DNA of 64,000 bases from Ferrithrix thermotolerans DSM 19514 (GTDB taxonomy: Bacteria; Actinomycetota; Acidimicrobiia; Acidimicrobiales; CAIXPF01): positions 66,117 to 130,116 of the forward strand of contig CAMDQT010000004.1 of NCBI GenBank assembly GCA_945906305.1, given 5' to 3'. Shown here piece by piece: positions 53,810 through 63,453 of this stretch. Within the stretch, counting starts at the first letter, position 1; the number at the start of each line of letters is the position of its first letter. Below the pieces are notes generated by a model, which was given only the letters and a program-made list of their open reading frames with translations, made no database searches and was not told the DNA's origin. The position numbers were made by a program, and so were the translations under genes.

Positions 53810-55552
53810 ATGGCAGAGATTGGTCCGACTCGTGACGAGGCGGGCCCGGGAACCGACAGTTCGGGTCTTGGTCCGCACCTCGCCCTGCGGCGTCAAGTCG
53901 CGGCATGGGCCGCGTGCGATCCAGACCCAGAGACGCGGGCCGAGCTGGAGCGGCTCCAGGCCGAACACGCCTGGGACGAACTCGCCGAGCGCTTCTCGGC
54001 CCGGCTGGCCTTCGGTACTGCGGGCCTGCGCGCCGCGCTCGGCGCGGGACCCATGCGTATGAACCGTCTCGTGGTACGCACCGCGGCTGCGGGCCTCGTG
54101 AGCTTTCTGCAGGAGCAGGGGCACCTAGAGCCCCTCGTCGTGGTCGGCTTCGATGCCCGGCACAAGTCCGACATCTTCGCCATCGATTCTGCGGCGGTGA
54201 TTGCCGCCGCCGGAGGACGGGCGGTGCTCTTCGAGCGCTGTGGCCCAACCCCGCTGCTGGCCTTCGCCGTGCGTCACCTCGGGGCCGACGCCGGGGTGAT
54301 GGTCACGGCGAGCCACAACCCCTCGACGGACAACGGCTACAAGGTGTACCTCGGCGATGGGGCTCAGCTGGTGTCGCCGCACGATATCGAGGTGGCGAAA
54401 CACATCGCTGCCGCTGGGTTTGAGGTGGCGCTGGCGGCTGCGGATGATCCAGCGATCACCGTCATGGCACCGTCGGTGTCACAGGCGTATGTCGAGGCAG
54501 TGGTGGCGCAGTTGACCCCCGGCGGCGCTCGGCAGCTAACCATCGCCTACACCGCGCTACACGGCGTGGGGGCGGAAACCGCGGCTGACGCCTTTGCGGC
54601 GGGAGGCTTCCCTCGGGCTCATGTGGTCGTCGAGCAGGCTGAGCCCGACCCGAGCTTTCCAACCGTGGCCTTTCCCAACCCGGAGGAACCAGGTGCCCTC
54701 GACCGAGGGCTCGATCTGGCTCGAGCGGTGGGCGCCGACGTGCTGCTGGCCAACGACCCTGACGCGGACCGGTTGGGTGTGGCGGTGCCCGACGGCCCGC
54801 AATGCTGGAGGGTACTCACCGGCGATGAGATCGGTGTGCTGCTCGCTGATCACCTCCTACGGCATCGCGACCGGCAAGGCGAGCGACTCGTGGTGACCAC
54901 CGTGGTGTCCTCTCGGCTGTTGGCCCGGCTCGCAGCAGCTCACGGGGTCCACTACGCGGAGACCCTTACCGGGTTCAAGTGGATTGTCCGGCCGGTGATC
55001 GACAACCCGACTTGGCGGTTTGTGCTCGGCTACGAGGAGGCGCTCGGGTTCGCTGTGGGTGCCGCGGTGCATGACAAGGACGGCATCGCTGCGGCATTGG
55101 TGTTCGCCGAGTTGGTCGCCGAGTGCCTGGTCGAGAACATCACGGTGTCCGAACGCCTGGAACTGTTGGCCCGGCAGTTCGGCCTGCATGCCACCGCCGG
55201 GTACACCTTGCGCTTCGGGGCTGGCTCGAGCGGAGCGGCGGCCGCGGCGGCGATCATGGAGCGCATGCGGGTGGCCCCACCCGGTTCGCTGGGCGGGGTG
55301 GCGGTCTCGCGCCGCGAAGACCTGCTCACCCAGCCCCCACCCCGTAGGACTGACCTGCTGGTGTGGGAACTCGCCGATGGGGCCAGGGTGCTCATCCGGC
55401 CGAGCGGGACCGAGCCCAAGTTGAAGGTGTACCTCGAGGTGTTGGAGCCCGTGGCCCCGACCGCCGTGGGCTATCACGCCGCCCGGATGGCGGCGCAAGC
55501 TCGGCTCGATGCGCTGCAGACCGAACTCGCCGCGTTGCTTGCGCCGTCGTGA
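53810..55552 (+). CDS. Phospho-sugar mutase (PGM/PMM superfamily)
   Basis: TASHNPSTDNGYKVY active-site loop, DPDADR metal loop, and RPSGTEPKLKVY. Confidence 0.9.
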   Translation: MAEIGPTRDEAGPGTDSSGLGPHLALRRQVAAWAACDPDPETRAELERLQAEHAWDELAERFSARLAFGTAGLRAALGAGPMRMNRLVVRTAAAGLVSFLQEQGHLEPLVVVGFDARHKSDIFAIDSAAVIAAAGGRAVLFERCGPTPLLAFAVRHLGADAGVMVTASHNPSTDNGYKVYLGDGAQLVSPHDIEVAKHIAAAGFEVALAAADDPAITVMAPSVSQAYVEAVVAQLTPGGARQLTIAYTALHGVGAETAADAFAAGGFPRAHVVVEQAEPDPSFPTVAFPNPEEPGALDRGLDLARAVGADVLLANDPDADRLGVAVPDGPQCWRVLTGDEIGVLLADHLLRHRDRQGERLVVTTVVSSRLLARLAAAHGVHYAETLTGFKWIVRPVIDNPTWRFVLGYEEALGFAVGAAVHDKDGIAAALVFAELVAECLVENITVSERLELLARQFGLHATAGYTLRFGAGSSGAAAAAAIMERMRVAPPGSLGGVAVSRREDLLTQPPPRRTDLLVWELADGARVLIRPSGTEPKLKVYLEVLEPVAPTAVGYHAARMAAQARLDALQTELAALLAPS

Positions 55553-55557
55553 CGATC

Positions 55558-55575
55558 GGCCCGGGTCCCCGGGCC
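55558..55575 (+). terminator. GC-rich palindromic hairpin after the mutase gene
   Basis: GGCCCGGG-tc-CCCGGGCC directly after the stop. No U-tract. Confidence 0.25.
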
Positions 55576-55643
55576 CAGTGCCAATAGGTAATGGGTCACC
55601 GGTCCCATTCTTGGACCACCATCGGATCCTTACGGTCAATGGT

Positions 55644-56195
55644 GTGCCCACCACCACGCCCCGACTAACGAACACCTCGTATTCGTTGCTGGGAGCGATA
55701 GCGAAGGCGGGTTCCTCCTCGCCGTACGACCTCAAGCGAGTATTGGCCAACAGCGTCGGCCCGTTGTGGGAGGTCCCCCACTCGCAGATCTATGACGAGG
55801 CCGCTCGTTTGGCCCGGGCCGGACTGCTCACGGAGCAGCAGGAGGGCAGCGGCCGTCGGCGCCTGAGCTACACCGTTACCGAGGAGGGTCGCCGTGAGCT
55901 GGTGCGGTGGCTGCGAATGCCCAGTCGAGACCGGGTTGACTTTCATGATGTCGGTTTGTTGAAGCTGGCCTATGCCTCCGAGTTGCAGCCAGCTGAACTC
56001 CGTCACGTTGCTGGCGACCATCTCGAAGCGTGGCAAGCCCTGGGCGAGGAAATCGGAGCCAACATGGATGGCCCGGGGGCCCAATACGTACTGGCCATGG
56101 TCGGAGCCGCCGTACGGTTCTGGTCGGACATGTGCGACGAGATCTCAGATTCGGGCCCTGTGCTGACGGGGGAAAGCGCCGACCCGCCCGCCTGA
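55644..56195 (+). CDS. PadR family transcriptional regulator
   Basis: SLLGAIAKAGSSSPYDLKRVL...SQIYDEAARLARAGLL...YTVTEEGRREL forms a winged helix. GTG start chosen; the ORF is open further upstream. Confidence 0.75.
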   Translation: MPTTTPRLTNTSYSLLGAIAKAGSSSPYDLKRVLANSVGPLWEVPHSQIYDEAARLARAGLLTEQQEGSGRRRLSYTVTEEGRRELVRWLRMPSRDRVDFHDVGLLKLAYASELQPAELRHVAGDHLEAWQALGEEIGANMDGPGAQYVLAMVGAAVRFWSDMCDEISDSGPVLTGESADPPA

Positions 56196-56476
56196 GACGC
56201 GGTTCGAGGCCCTCACCGCAGCGTCATGGCGAGGCGGCGGGGGTTTCGGGCTGCGATTGCTCGAATGGGCCGCCCAGCTAGGTTGGTGGCGAGGGTGGGC
56301 TGCACCCACCCAGAGCGTGCTGAGACGCGGTGCACTCGACGTTGAGCGAGCGTGGGGCTGGCCATGAGGGACGAGAAGAGGGCCGAACATCGCGTCGTCA
56401 CTGGTGGCCTACCGGGAACCTATGGGGGCAGCTGCCAGGTCCAAGGACGCGGTTCGGTCGACATCGTCGCGGTCTG

Positions 56477-57463
56477 ATGTCTGGCCCGATGCCGATTGCC
56501 TCACCCAGCCCCGACGGTGACCAGCCCCGCGACCCCCCCGCCGCCACCGCTCATCGGATGCGTCGTCAGTCTGGCATCGGTCGGCGTCGGGTTGTGCTGC
56601 TGGGCTGTTACGCGACGTTCGTGTTGGGGTGGTGGAGGGTCAATGGGGTGCCACTCGAACGACTCCAGGTGCTGGGGTGGGTACTAGGCGCACTAGTCAT
56701 CGCCTCAGTCGGTCGACCTGACGGCAGCGTGGTCCGTATCGCCAAAGACTGGGTGCCGTTGGCCTTGGTGCTCACGGCCTACGACCTCACCCGCGGCCTG
56801 GCCGACACCCTCGGCATGCCGGTGCAGCGCGAGGTGCTCATCCGCATCGAACGGATCATGGCCTTCGGCGAAATCCCCTCCGTACTGGCCCAAGAGCGGC
56901 TGGGACCTTACGCAGGGTCGGCGCGCTGGTGGGAGGTCGTGGTGTCACTGGTGTACTTGTCCCACTTTGTCGTGCCGTTCACGGTTTTGGGCGTGTTGTG
57001 GGTGCTCGACCGGCCTGGCTTCGGGCGCTATCGACATGCGCTGCTGGTGCTCACGGCGATGGGTCTGCTCACCTACATCCTGGTGCCGGCCGCACCCCCC
57101 TGGATGGCGTCACGAGACGGCCTGATCGGACCGGTGCATCGTGTCGTCCTTCGAGGTATGGATACCTTCGGACTCGACCTCGGCCCGGTGCTCATTCGCT
57201 ATGGACCACGATTCGGCAACGCTGTGGCGGCGTTGCCTTCCTTGCATGCGGGTTGGTCCACGCTGACTGCGCTGTTCTTCTCCCGGCGCTGTCGGTGTCG
57301 CTGGTGGCTCCTGCTGTTCGCCTACCCGCTGGCCATGTCGGTGGCACTGGTCATCAGCGGTGAGCATTACGTGTTCGACGTGGTGCTGGGTGGGTGCTAT
57401 GCCATCGTCGCCTTCGGCCTAGAGAGCGAATGGCGCCGCCGGTCGATGCGGCGCACAACCTGA
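56477..57463 (+). CDS. PAP2_C-type membrane protein (second paralog)
   Basis: AALPSLHAGWS and SGEHYVFDVVLGG motifs, multi-TM. Confidence 0.65.
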   Translation: MSGPMPIASPSPDGDQPRDPPAATAHRMRRQSGIGRRRVVLLGCYATFVLGWWRVNGVPLERLQVLGWVLGALVIASVGRPDGSVVRIAKDWVPLALVLTAYDLTRGLADTLGMPVQREVLIRIERIMAFGEIPSVLAQERLGPYAGSARWWEVVVSLVYLSHFVVPFTVLGVLWVLDRPGFGRYRHALLVLTAMGLLTYILVPAAPPWMASRDGLIGPVHRVVLRGMDTFGLDLGPVLIRYGPRFGNAVAALPSLHAGWSTLTALFFSRRCRCRWWLLLFAYPLAMSVALVISGEHYVFDVVLGGCYAIVAFGLESEWRRRSMRRTT

Positions 57464-57509
57464 CCGACTGCGAGGGAGCGTCGTAAGCGGCCAGCCCGAC
57501 GCCGAGCGG

Positions 57510-58187
57510 TCAGCGCGGTGTCGGACCATCCTCGACGCGGTCGAGGGTGCCGTTGCGGTAACGGTCGAAACGGTCGAGTACCTCGCGCATCTGTCGTGCG
57601 GTCAAGCGTCGCGGTTCGCCCACCGTGCGGGCCCGCAGGTACTGATCAGCCAGGCTCTCCACGTCGAGGGCTAGGCGCAAGGCGGCGTCGAGCGATGCCC
57701 CAACCGTCACCTGGCCGTGGTTGGCCAACAAGGCTGCGGATCGACCGTGGAGCGCTTCGATGACCGCGTCGGCGAGCTGGTCGCTACCGAACAAGAAATA
57801 CGGTGCACAGCGGATGTTGTCGCCGCCGGCGACAGCCACCAGGTAATGGAACGCGGGAATGGGCAGCCGAAGACAGGCCAACGCCGTTGCTGCGGGGGAA
57901 TGGACATGGACGATTGCTCCGGCATCGGGTCGCTCGGCGAGGATGCGCTGATGAAAGCGCCACTCTGAGCTTGGCGCCCGGTGCCCGGTCCGGCTGCCGT
58001 CGGGTCCCATCCAGACGATGTCCGACGGACGGATACGGGCATAGTCCATGGCCGAGGGGGTGATGAGCATCCCATTCTGCCAGCGCGCTGAGGCATTGCC
58101 CGAAGTGCCTTGACTCAGACCTGATGGTCCGAATGCCCCGCAGGTGTCGATGAGCTGCCGGCGAAGGGTCAGTTCGGCGTGTTCCAC
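57510..58187 (-). CDS. Class II aldolase/adducin family protein (MtnB / fuculose-phosphate-aldolase-like)
   Basis: GTSGNASAR and HVHSPAAT motifs and the LANHG region. Confidence 0.8.
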   Translation of the reverse strand: MEHAELTLRRQLIDTCGAFGPSGLSQGTSGNASARWQNGMLITPSAMDYARIRPSDIVWMGPDGSRTGHRAPSSEWRFHQRILAERPDAGAIVHVHSPAATALACLRLPIPAFHYLVAVAGGDNIRCAPYFLFGSDQLADAVIEALHGRSAALLANHGQVTVGASLDAALRLALDVESLADQYLRARTVGEPRRLTARQMREVLDRFDRYRNGTLDRVEDGPTPR

Positions 58188-58573
58188 CGGCGGGTCACCT
58201 CCGCATTGAGTGCCGACAGCGTGGGGCGGACCCCTTCCAAAGTGGCGATGATGGCGTCGAGGGTGATGGCCGGCGCGAGGTCGGCGGCGGCGGCGCCGAG
58301 ACGCTGGCGCAACTCCCGGTCATAGGGCTCGGTCATGTCGGTGTGGCGCACCGGAAGGTCCTGCTTCAGTGCCCACAGGTTGGCTCGGTAGTTGATCCGG
58401 TGGGGGGGAACGGTGTGCCCCGGGCCGTGGCGGGCGAGGAAGGCCACCGGCCGGTTCTGCCAGGTACCGACGGTTACGCCGACCGTACCGTAGGGTGTTT
58501 CGACCATCTCGAGCTGGGCGGCGCGTAGACCCGGAACCTCGTACAAACCGGATCCGGTGATGATGGCGAGCAC
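58169..58573 (-). CDS. Miniaturised MTAP-like protein (134 aa; likely non-catalytic or pseudogene)
   Basis: The N-terminal 70 aa are collinear with MTAP (GSGLY, ETPYG, AFLARHG, INYRANLWALK). The sequence then jumps to HTDMTEPYDRELRQRL and a C-terminal helix. The central catalytic core is absent, but the frame is intact. Confidence 0.6.
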   Translation of the reverse strand: MLAIITGSGLYEVPGLRAAQLEMVETPYGTVGVTVGTWQNRPVAFLARHGPGHTVPPHRINYRANLWALKQDLPVRHTDMTEPYDRELRQRLGAAAADLAPAITLDAIIATLEGVRPTLSALNAEVTRRWNTPN

Positions 58574-58672
58574 GTCAACTCCGCGATCGCAGGAAGGGTG
58601 AACGTCACCAGGATAGTCCTACCGTCGGGTGCCCGTTGGCCTAGAGTTTTGCCGTCGAAAGGACCGGTCCAA

Positions 58673-59725
58673 ATGAGACGAACGGGTGTCGCTGCGGCAG
58701 GGTTGCTGGTGCTGTTGTTGGGGGTGACGTCATGCGGTGGCGACGATGCCTCGTCGGCGGACAAATCGACCGCGGTCAAGGGATTTAGTGGGGACTGCGC
58801 CAAGAAAGAGGTTTTTTGCGTGGGCCTCGTCACCGATGTGGGCAAGGTCGATGACAAGTCGTTCAACCAATCGAGTTGGGAAGGTGCGGCGGCGGGAGCC
58901 AAAGCAGTGGGTGGCGGTGCGGAGTACATCGAGACCGTCGACCCCAAGGATTACGCCAAGAACATCCAGTCCTTTGTCGACCGCAAGGTCGATGTCGTCG
59001 TGACGGTCGGTTTCGCCCTCGCCGACGCCGCGGCAACGGCAGCGACGGCCAACCCCGGGATTCACTTCATCGGGGTCGATGCCTTTCAAGCCACCACGAT
59101 CGCAAATCTGTCCGGGTTGGTGTTCTACGAGGACCGGGCCGGGTTCATGGCCGGCGCGCTAGCAGGCTTGCTCACGAAGACCAACGTGGTCGCCGCCGTG
59201 CTCGGCACGGACAAGGTTCCGCCGGTGGTGGCCTTCGGAAAGGGCTGGGAGAATGGCGCCAAGTACACCAACTCAAAGGTGAAGGTCCTCACCACGTATC
59301 ACCCTGGCGGACTTGACGTCGCTTTCAACGACCCGACCTGGGGCGCGCAGACAGCCAAGCAGGCGCTCGACAACACCGCCGATGTGGTCTTTGGCGCTGG
59401 TGGCAACACCGGCAACGGCGCCTTGCTCGAGGTGGCGAAGAAGGCCGGGGCGTATTGCGTCGGGGTTGACCTCGACCAATGGGAAACCATGCCCGGGGCG
59501 CACGCGTGCCTGGTGACCAGTGCTGAAAAGCGCATCAAGGATGGCGTGGTCCTACTCATCAGCCAGGTTCATAATGGGACGGCGAAAGGCGGGAATTTCC
59601 GCGGCGAGGTTGGCCTCGCCTCGTACCACGACTTCGACGCCAAGATCCCCGCGGAGGTGAAGACGAAGATGGACGTCATCGTCCGCGATGTGGGATCGGG
59701 CAAGATCCCGACCGGCGTCAACTGA
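58673..59725 (+). CDS. BMP-family (PnrA-like) nucleoside-binding ABC substrate-binding lipoprotein
   Basis: Lipobox VTSC. VGLVTDVGKVDDKSFNQSSWEG and YEDRAGFMAGALAG motifs. Confidence 0.85.
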   Translation: MRRTGVAAAGLLVLLLGVTSCGGDDASSADKSTAVKGFSGDCAKKEVFCVGLVTDVGKVDDKSFNQSSWEGAAAGAKAVGGGAEYIETVDPKDYAKNIQSFVDRKVDVVVTVGFALADAAATAATANPGIHFIGVDAFQATTIANLSGLVFYEDRAGFMAGALAGLLTKTNVVAAVLGTDKVPPVVAFGKGWENGAKYTNSKVKVLTTYHPGGLDVAFNDPTWGAQTAKQALDNTADVVFGAGGNTGNGALLEVAKKAGAYCVGVDLDQWETMPGAHACLVTSAEKRIKDGVVLLISQVHNGTAKGGNFRGEVGLASYHDFDAKIPAEVKTKMDVIVRDVGSGKIPTGVN

Positions 59726-59741
59726 TCGGTCCTCATCGACG

Positions 59742-60806
59742 ATGAACCTCGACCGGCTTCGGCCTGCAATTCTGCCGGTCGCGGCGGTCGTGGTGGCGTT
59801 GACGATCGGCGCCGTCATTGTGGCGGTCGATGGTTCTTCGCCGCTCGGGGCAGCCACGGCGATATGGGTTGCGGCCTTCTCGGGACCAGACGCCATTGGC
59901 GCCACGCTCGAGAAGGCAACGCCGCTCGTCTTCGCCGGCTTGGCCGTGATCGTCGGGGTCAAAGCTGGTCTGTTCAACATCGGAGCGCAGGGCCAGTTGT
60001 TGGTAGGCGCGATCACTTCCGCCTATGCGGGGTACCGCTTCGCCGGCTTGTCGCCGCTGGTGCACCTGCCGCTTTGTCTGCTCATAGGGGTTGTCTTCGG
60101 CGCGCTACCGGCGTGGCTCGCGGGAGTGCTTCGGGCTAAGCGTGGGGTGCACGAGGTGATTGTCACCATCATGTTGAACACCATCATCTTCAACCTCACC
60201 GACTGGTTGGCCGGTGGCCCCTGGATGGAGCCGGGCCAGGTGATCTCGCGGACACCGCCCATCGTTGGGTCCGCCCGGATGGGGCGTGTCGCAGGCTTGC
60301 CGACGGGGTTCGTCCTGGCGATGCTGGTGACCGTCGCGGTGTGGTTCATGCTGGAGCACACCACCTTCGGGTTCCGTCTGGCAACGGTCGGGGCCAACCG
60401 ACACGCCGCGCACTACGCCGGTATCTCCGTTGGTGCCGTGACCGTGGCAGCCATGACCCTGTCGGGTGCCCTAGCCGGGCTCGGCGGTGCGGTCGAGAGC
60501 CTTGGGGTGGTCGGCCGGTTCGAACCGGGGTTCAACGCCGGGCTGGGCTTCGACGGGATCACCATCGCGCTGCTGGCCCGGGTCTCGCCGCGGGCGGTTG
60601 TTCCGGCGGCGTTGTTCATTGGTGCTCTGCGGGCATCCTCGAGCGAATTGCAGGCTGGCGCCCATGTGGCGCCAGCGATCGTCGATGTCGTGCTGGGCGT
60701 CGCCCTGTTGCTCGTTGCTGCCCCACTACTGCTGCGCTGGTTGTTGCGAATGCCGCCATCTTTAAGTACGGCAGAGGTTCAGTTCACCCGAGGCTGGGGC
60801 TCGTGA
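59742..60806 (+). CDS. ABC transporter permease (BMP system)
   Basis: About 9 TM helices. NIGAQGQLLVGA motif. Confidence 0.8.
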   Translation: MNLDRLRPAILPVAAVVVALTIGAVIVAVDGSSPLGAATAIWVAAFSGPDAIGATLEKATPLVFAGLAVIVGVKAGLFNIGAQGQLLVGAITSAYAGYRFAGLSPLVHLPLCLLIGVVFGALPAWLAGVLRAKRGVHEVIVTIMLNTIIFNLTDWLAGGPWMEPGQVISRTPPIVGSARMGRVAGLPTGFVLAMLVTVAVWFMLEHTTFGFRLATVGANRHAAHYAGISVGAVTVAAMTLSGALAGLGGAVESLGVVGRFEPGFNAGLGFDGITIALLARVSPRAVVPAALFIGALRASSSELQAGAHVAPAIVDVVLGVALLLVAAPLLLRWLLRMPPSLSTAEVQFTRGWGS

Positions 60807-61786
60807 GGCCAGCCTGGGTCCGTCGTCGGCCACCCCCGGCGCTGGGCGTGGCGGCCGCTTTATTGGTAGCGGCTTTCTTGGCGTACGCCATCTGGGGTTT
60901 TCGCGCTGCGGCGGTGGCGGGATTCGCGGTCCGCTCCTGCACCCCGCTGGCGTTGGCGGCGATGTGCGGGATCCTGTGCGAGCGCACCGGGGTCATCAAT
61001 ATCGGCATCGAGGGTCAAATGCTGCTGGGCGCCTTTGCCGGATTCTTCGGTGCTGCCGCGTTCGGGGTGGTGTTCGGGGTGCTCGCGGCGGCGATCATCG
61101 GTGCGCTTGGCGGGGCGTTCCTGGCGGTATGCGCGGTGAGTTGGCGGGTCGACCAGATCATCGCCGGGGCCGTGATCAACATCGTCGCGATGGGGTTCAC
61201 CACGTTCTTCTACCGGCCTGGTTTCGTCATTGGTTCGCTGCCAACTTGGCAGATTCCCCTCTTGGCTGACCTGCCGTTACTGGGGCCCATTTTTTTCCGG
61301 GCCCAACCGTTGGCGTTCTTGACCTTTGCCGTCGTCATCGGTCTACAGGTGACGTTGTTTCGCACCACGTGGGGCCTGCGAACTACCGCCGTGGGCGAAC
61401 ATCCCGGTGCGGCGGACACGGTGGGGGTCAACGTGGCGAGGTACCGCTACGGCAACGTGATGTTGGGTGGCGCGCTGGCGGGGTTGGCCGGTGCGATGCT
61501 CTCGGTTGAGATCACCGGTTCGTTCGATCGGGCCATGACCGCGGGGCGAGGGTTCCTGGCGTTGGCCATCGTGATCATGGGTCGTTGGCGGCCGATGCTG
61601 GCCTGGACGGCGGCGTTGCTCTTCGGGTTGCTGAGCGGTTTGGTCAACCAATTGAACTTCGATCAGGTGATCGATGTTCCCCCGCAGTTTGTCGCCATGG
61701 TGCCCTATGGGACGACCATCGTCGTGCTGGCAGTCTTCAGTACCCGGGTGCGGCCTCCGGCTGCGGCCGGCCGGCCCTATCCGTGA
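60803..61786 (+). CDS. ABC transporter permease (BMP system, second subunit)
   Basis: GVINIGIEGQMLLGAF motif. GTGA overlap with the upstream stop. Confidence 0.8.
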   Translation: MRPAWVRRRPPPALGVAAALLVAAFLAYAIWGFRAAAVAGFAVRSCTPLALAAMCGILCERTGVINIGIEGQMLLGAFAGFFGAAAFGVVFGVLAAAIIGALGGAFLAVCAVSWRVDQIIAGAVINIVAMGFTTFFYRPGFVIGSLPTWQIPLLADLPLLGPIFFRAQPLAFLTFAVVIGLQVTLFRTTWGLRTTAVGEHPGAADTVGVNVARYRYGNVMLGGALAGLAGAMLSVEITGSFDRAMTAGRGFLALAIVIMGRWRPMLAWTAALLFGLLSGLVNQLNFDQVIDVPPQFVAMVPYGTTIVVLAVFSTRVRPPAAAGRPYP

Positions 61787-61796
61787 GGCGGTCCGC

Positions 61797-63335
61797 ATGA
61801 GCGACAGCGAAGAGCAGCCAGGCGCGGACGTGGTGCTCGAGGTGCGGGGGCTCACCAAGCGATTCGGACCGGTGGTGGCGGACAGCGAGGTGACCCTGCA
61901 ACTTCGCCGCGGCGAGGTGCTGGCATTGCTTGGTGAGAACGGCGCGGGCAAGTCCACCCTGGTCAAGATGCTCGTGGGGCTGTTGCGCCCTGATGCCGGG
62001 GAGATCCGTATCGGTGGCGACGTGGTCCGCTTGCGCTCGCCACGAGACGCCATCGGCCGGGGCATCGCGGTGGTGCACCAGCACTTCCAGTTGGTGCCAG
62101 TCATGACGGTGGCGGAGAACGTGGTTCTCGGTGCGGAGCCCACACGCCGTGGGTTGTTCGACCATCGAAAGGCCGCTGCCGAGGTCCGGGCGCTGTCCCA
62201 ACGTTTCGGCCTAGCGGTCGAGCCTGATGCCGTGGTGCAGGACCTACCGATTGGTATGCAGCAGCGCGTGGAGATCATCAAGGCGCTGTACCGCGGGGCG
62301 GAGATTCTGATCCTCGACGAACCAACCGCCGTGCTGACCCCGGTGGAGACCGACGAGTTGCTGCGCATAGTCGCGGAGTTGGCGGAGCGGGGTGTCGGGA
62401 TCATTTTCATCACCCACAAACTGCGCGAGGTGATGAACGGCACGGACCGGGTCGTGGTTCTACGCGATGGCAGGGTGGTGGGCGATGTCGCCACCGCTGA
62501 CACCGACGAGGCAGGCCTCGCGGCGTTGATGGTGGGCCGCCCGGTGGTGTTGCACGTGGACAAGGAACCGGCCACGCCTGGGGCAACGGTGCTCGAGATC
62601 CGCGGGCTCGAAGTCGATGATGATCGCGGCCGTCTTGCCGTGCGCGGCCTAGATCTCGACGTACGGGCGGGGGAGATCCTCGGCATCGCCGGTGTACAGG
62701 ACAACGGGCAGCGCGAACTGGTGGAGGCAATCTGTGCCATGCGCCCGAGGCGCGCCGGCACGGTGGTGCTGGCGGGGCGCGAGGTCGAGGGGCTCGACGT
62801 TCGGGCGCTGCACGATCTCGGTGTGGCCCACATCCCCGAGGACCGCGACAAGCACGGTTTGGTGGGCGGCTACTTCGTAGCGGAGAACCTAGTGCTGAAT
62901 CGCTTCGACCAGGCGCCCTTTTCGCGCTGGGGTCGTCGCGATTTCGCCGCCATCCAACGCTGGGCGCGCCAGCTGATCGCTGATTTCGATGTCCGTACCC
63001 CGAGTGTGTACGCCCGCACCGATGCGCTGTCGGGGGGCAACAAACAGAAGGTGGTCGTGGCCCGAGAACTCAGCCGTGAGTCCGTGCTGCTCGTTGCCGC
63101 CCAACCAACGAGGGGGGTCGACGTGGGCTCGATCGAGTTCATTCACCAACAGTTGGTTGCTGCTCGCGATCGAGGGGTGGCGGTGTTACTGGTGTCGGCC
63201 GAACTCGAGGAACTGTTCGCTTTGTCCGACCGCATCGCGGTGATTCGGGAGGGTCGGGTCGCTGCGGTGCTCGACGCGAAGTCTGCGACCCGCGAGACGG
63301 TTGGGCTGATCATGGCCGGCGCCGCGGGGCACTGA
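61797..63335 (+). CDS. ABC transporter ATP-binding protein (duplicated ABC cassette, sugar/nucleoside type)
   Basis: GENGAGKST Walker A, a second degenerate cassette, and LSGGNKQKV signature. Confidence 0.85.
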   Translation: MSDSEEQPGADVVLEVRGLTKRFGPVVADSEVTLQLRRGEVLALLGENGAGKSTLVKMLVGLLRPDAGEIRIGGDVVRLRSPRDAIGRGIAVVHQHFQLVPVMTVAENVVLGAEPTRRGLFDHRKAAAEVRALSQRFGLAVEPDAVVQDLPIGMQQRVEIIKALYRGAEILILDEPTAVLTPVETDELLRIVAELAERGVGIIFITHKLREVMNGTDRVVVLRDGRVVGDVATADTDEAGLAALMVGRPVVLHVDKEPATPGATVLEIRGLEVDDDRGRLAVRGLDLDVRAGEILGIAGVQDNGQRELVEAICAMRPRRAGTVVLAGREVEGLDVRALHDLGVAHIPEDRDKHGLVGGYFVAENLVLNRFDQAPFSRWGRRDFAAIQRWARQLIADFDVRTPSVYARTDALSGGNKQKVVVARELSRESVLLVAAQPTRGVDVGSIEFIHQQLVAARDRGVAVLLVSAELEELFALSDRIAVIREGRVAAVLDAKSATRETVGLIMAGAAGH

Positions 63336-63356
63336 GGGGCCAGGCGTCGGTCCTGG

Positions 63357-63440
63357 TCAGCGTCCGGCGTTGGGCTTCACGCCGTGGTTGGCCTTCTTGC
63401 GACGGGCGTTGGTCTTCCGCTTGGTGGTCTTCTTCGACAT
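63357..63440 (-). CDS. 27-aa basic micro-protein, probable ribosomal protein bL37
   Basis: Not in the ORF track (too short). Translates to MSKKTTKRKTNARRKKANHGVKPNAGR. The ANHG.(K/R)PN motif matches my recollection of actinobacterial bL37. Confidence 0.55.
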   Translation of the reverse strand: MSKKTTKRKTNARRKKANHGVKPNAGR

Positions 63441-63453
63441 AGGACCGGACACA

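Noticed and set aside
53712-54248. N-terminal extension of the hypothetical protein ORF 53100-54248, and the 53711 start of the mutase ORF.
   Set aside because: The two extensions overlap each other antisense. Family-consistent starts at 53711 (minus) and 53810 (plus) resolve the conflict.
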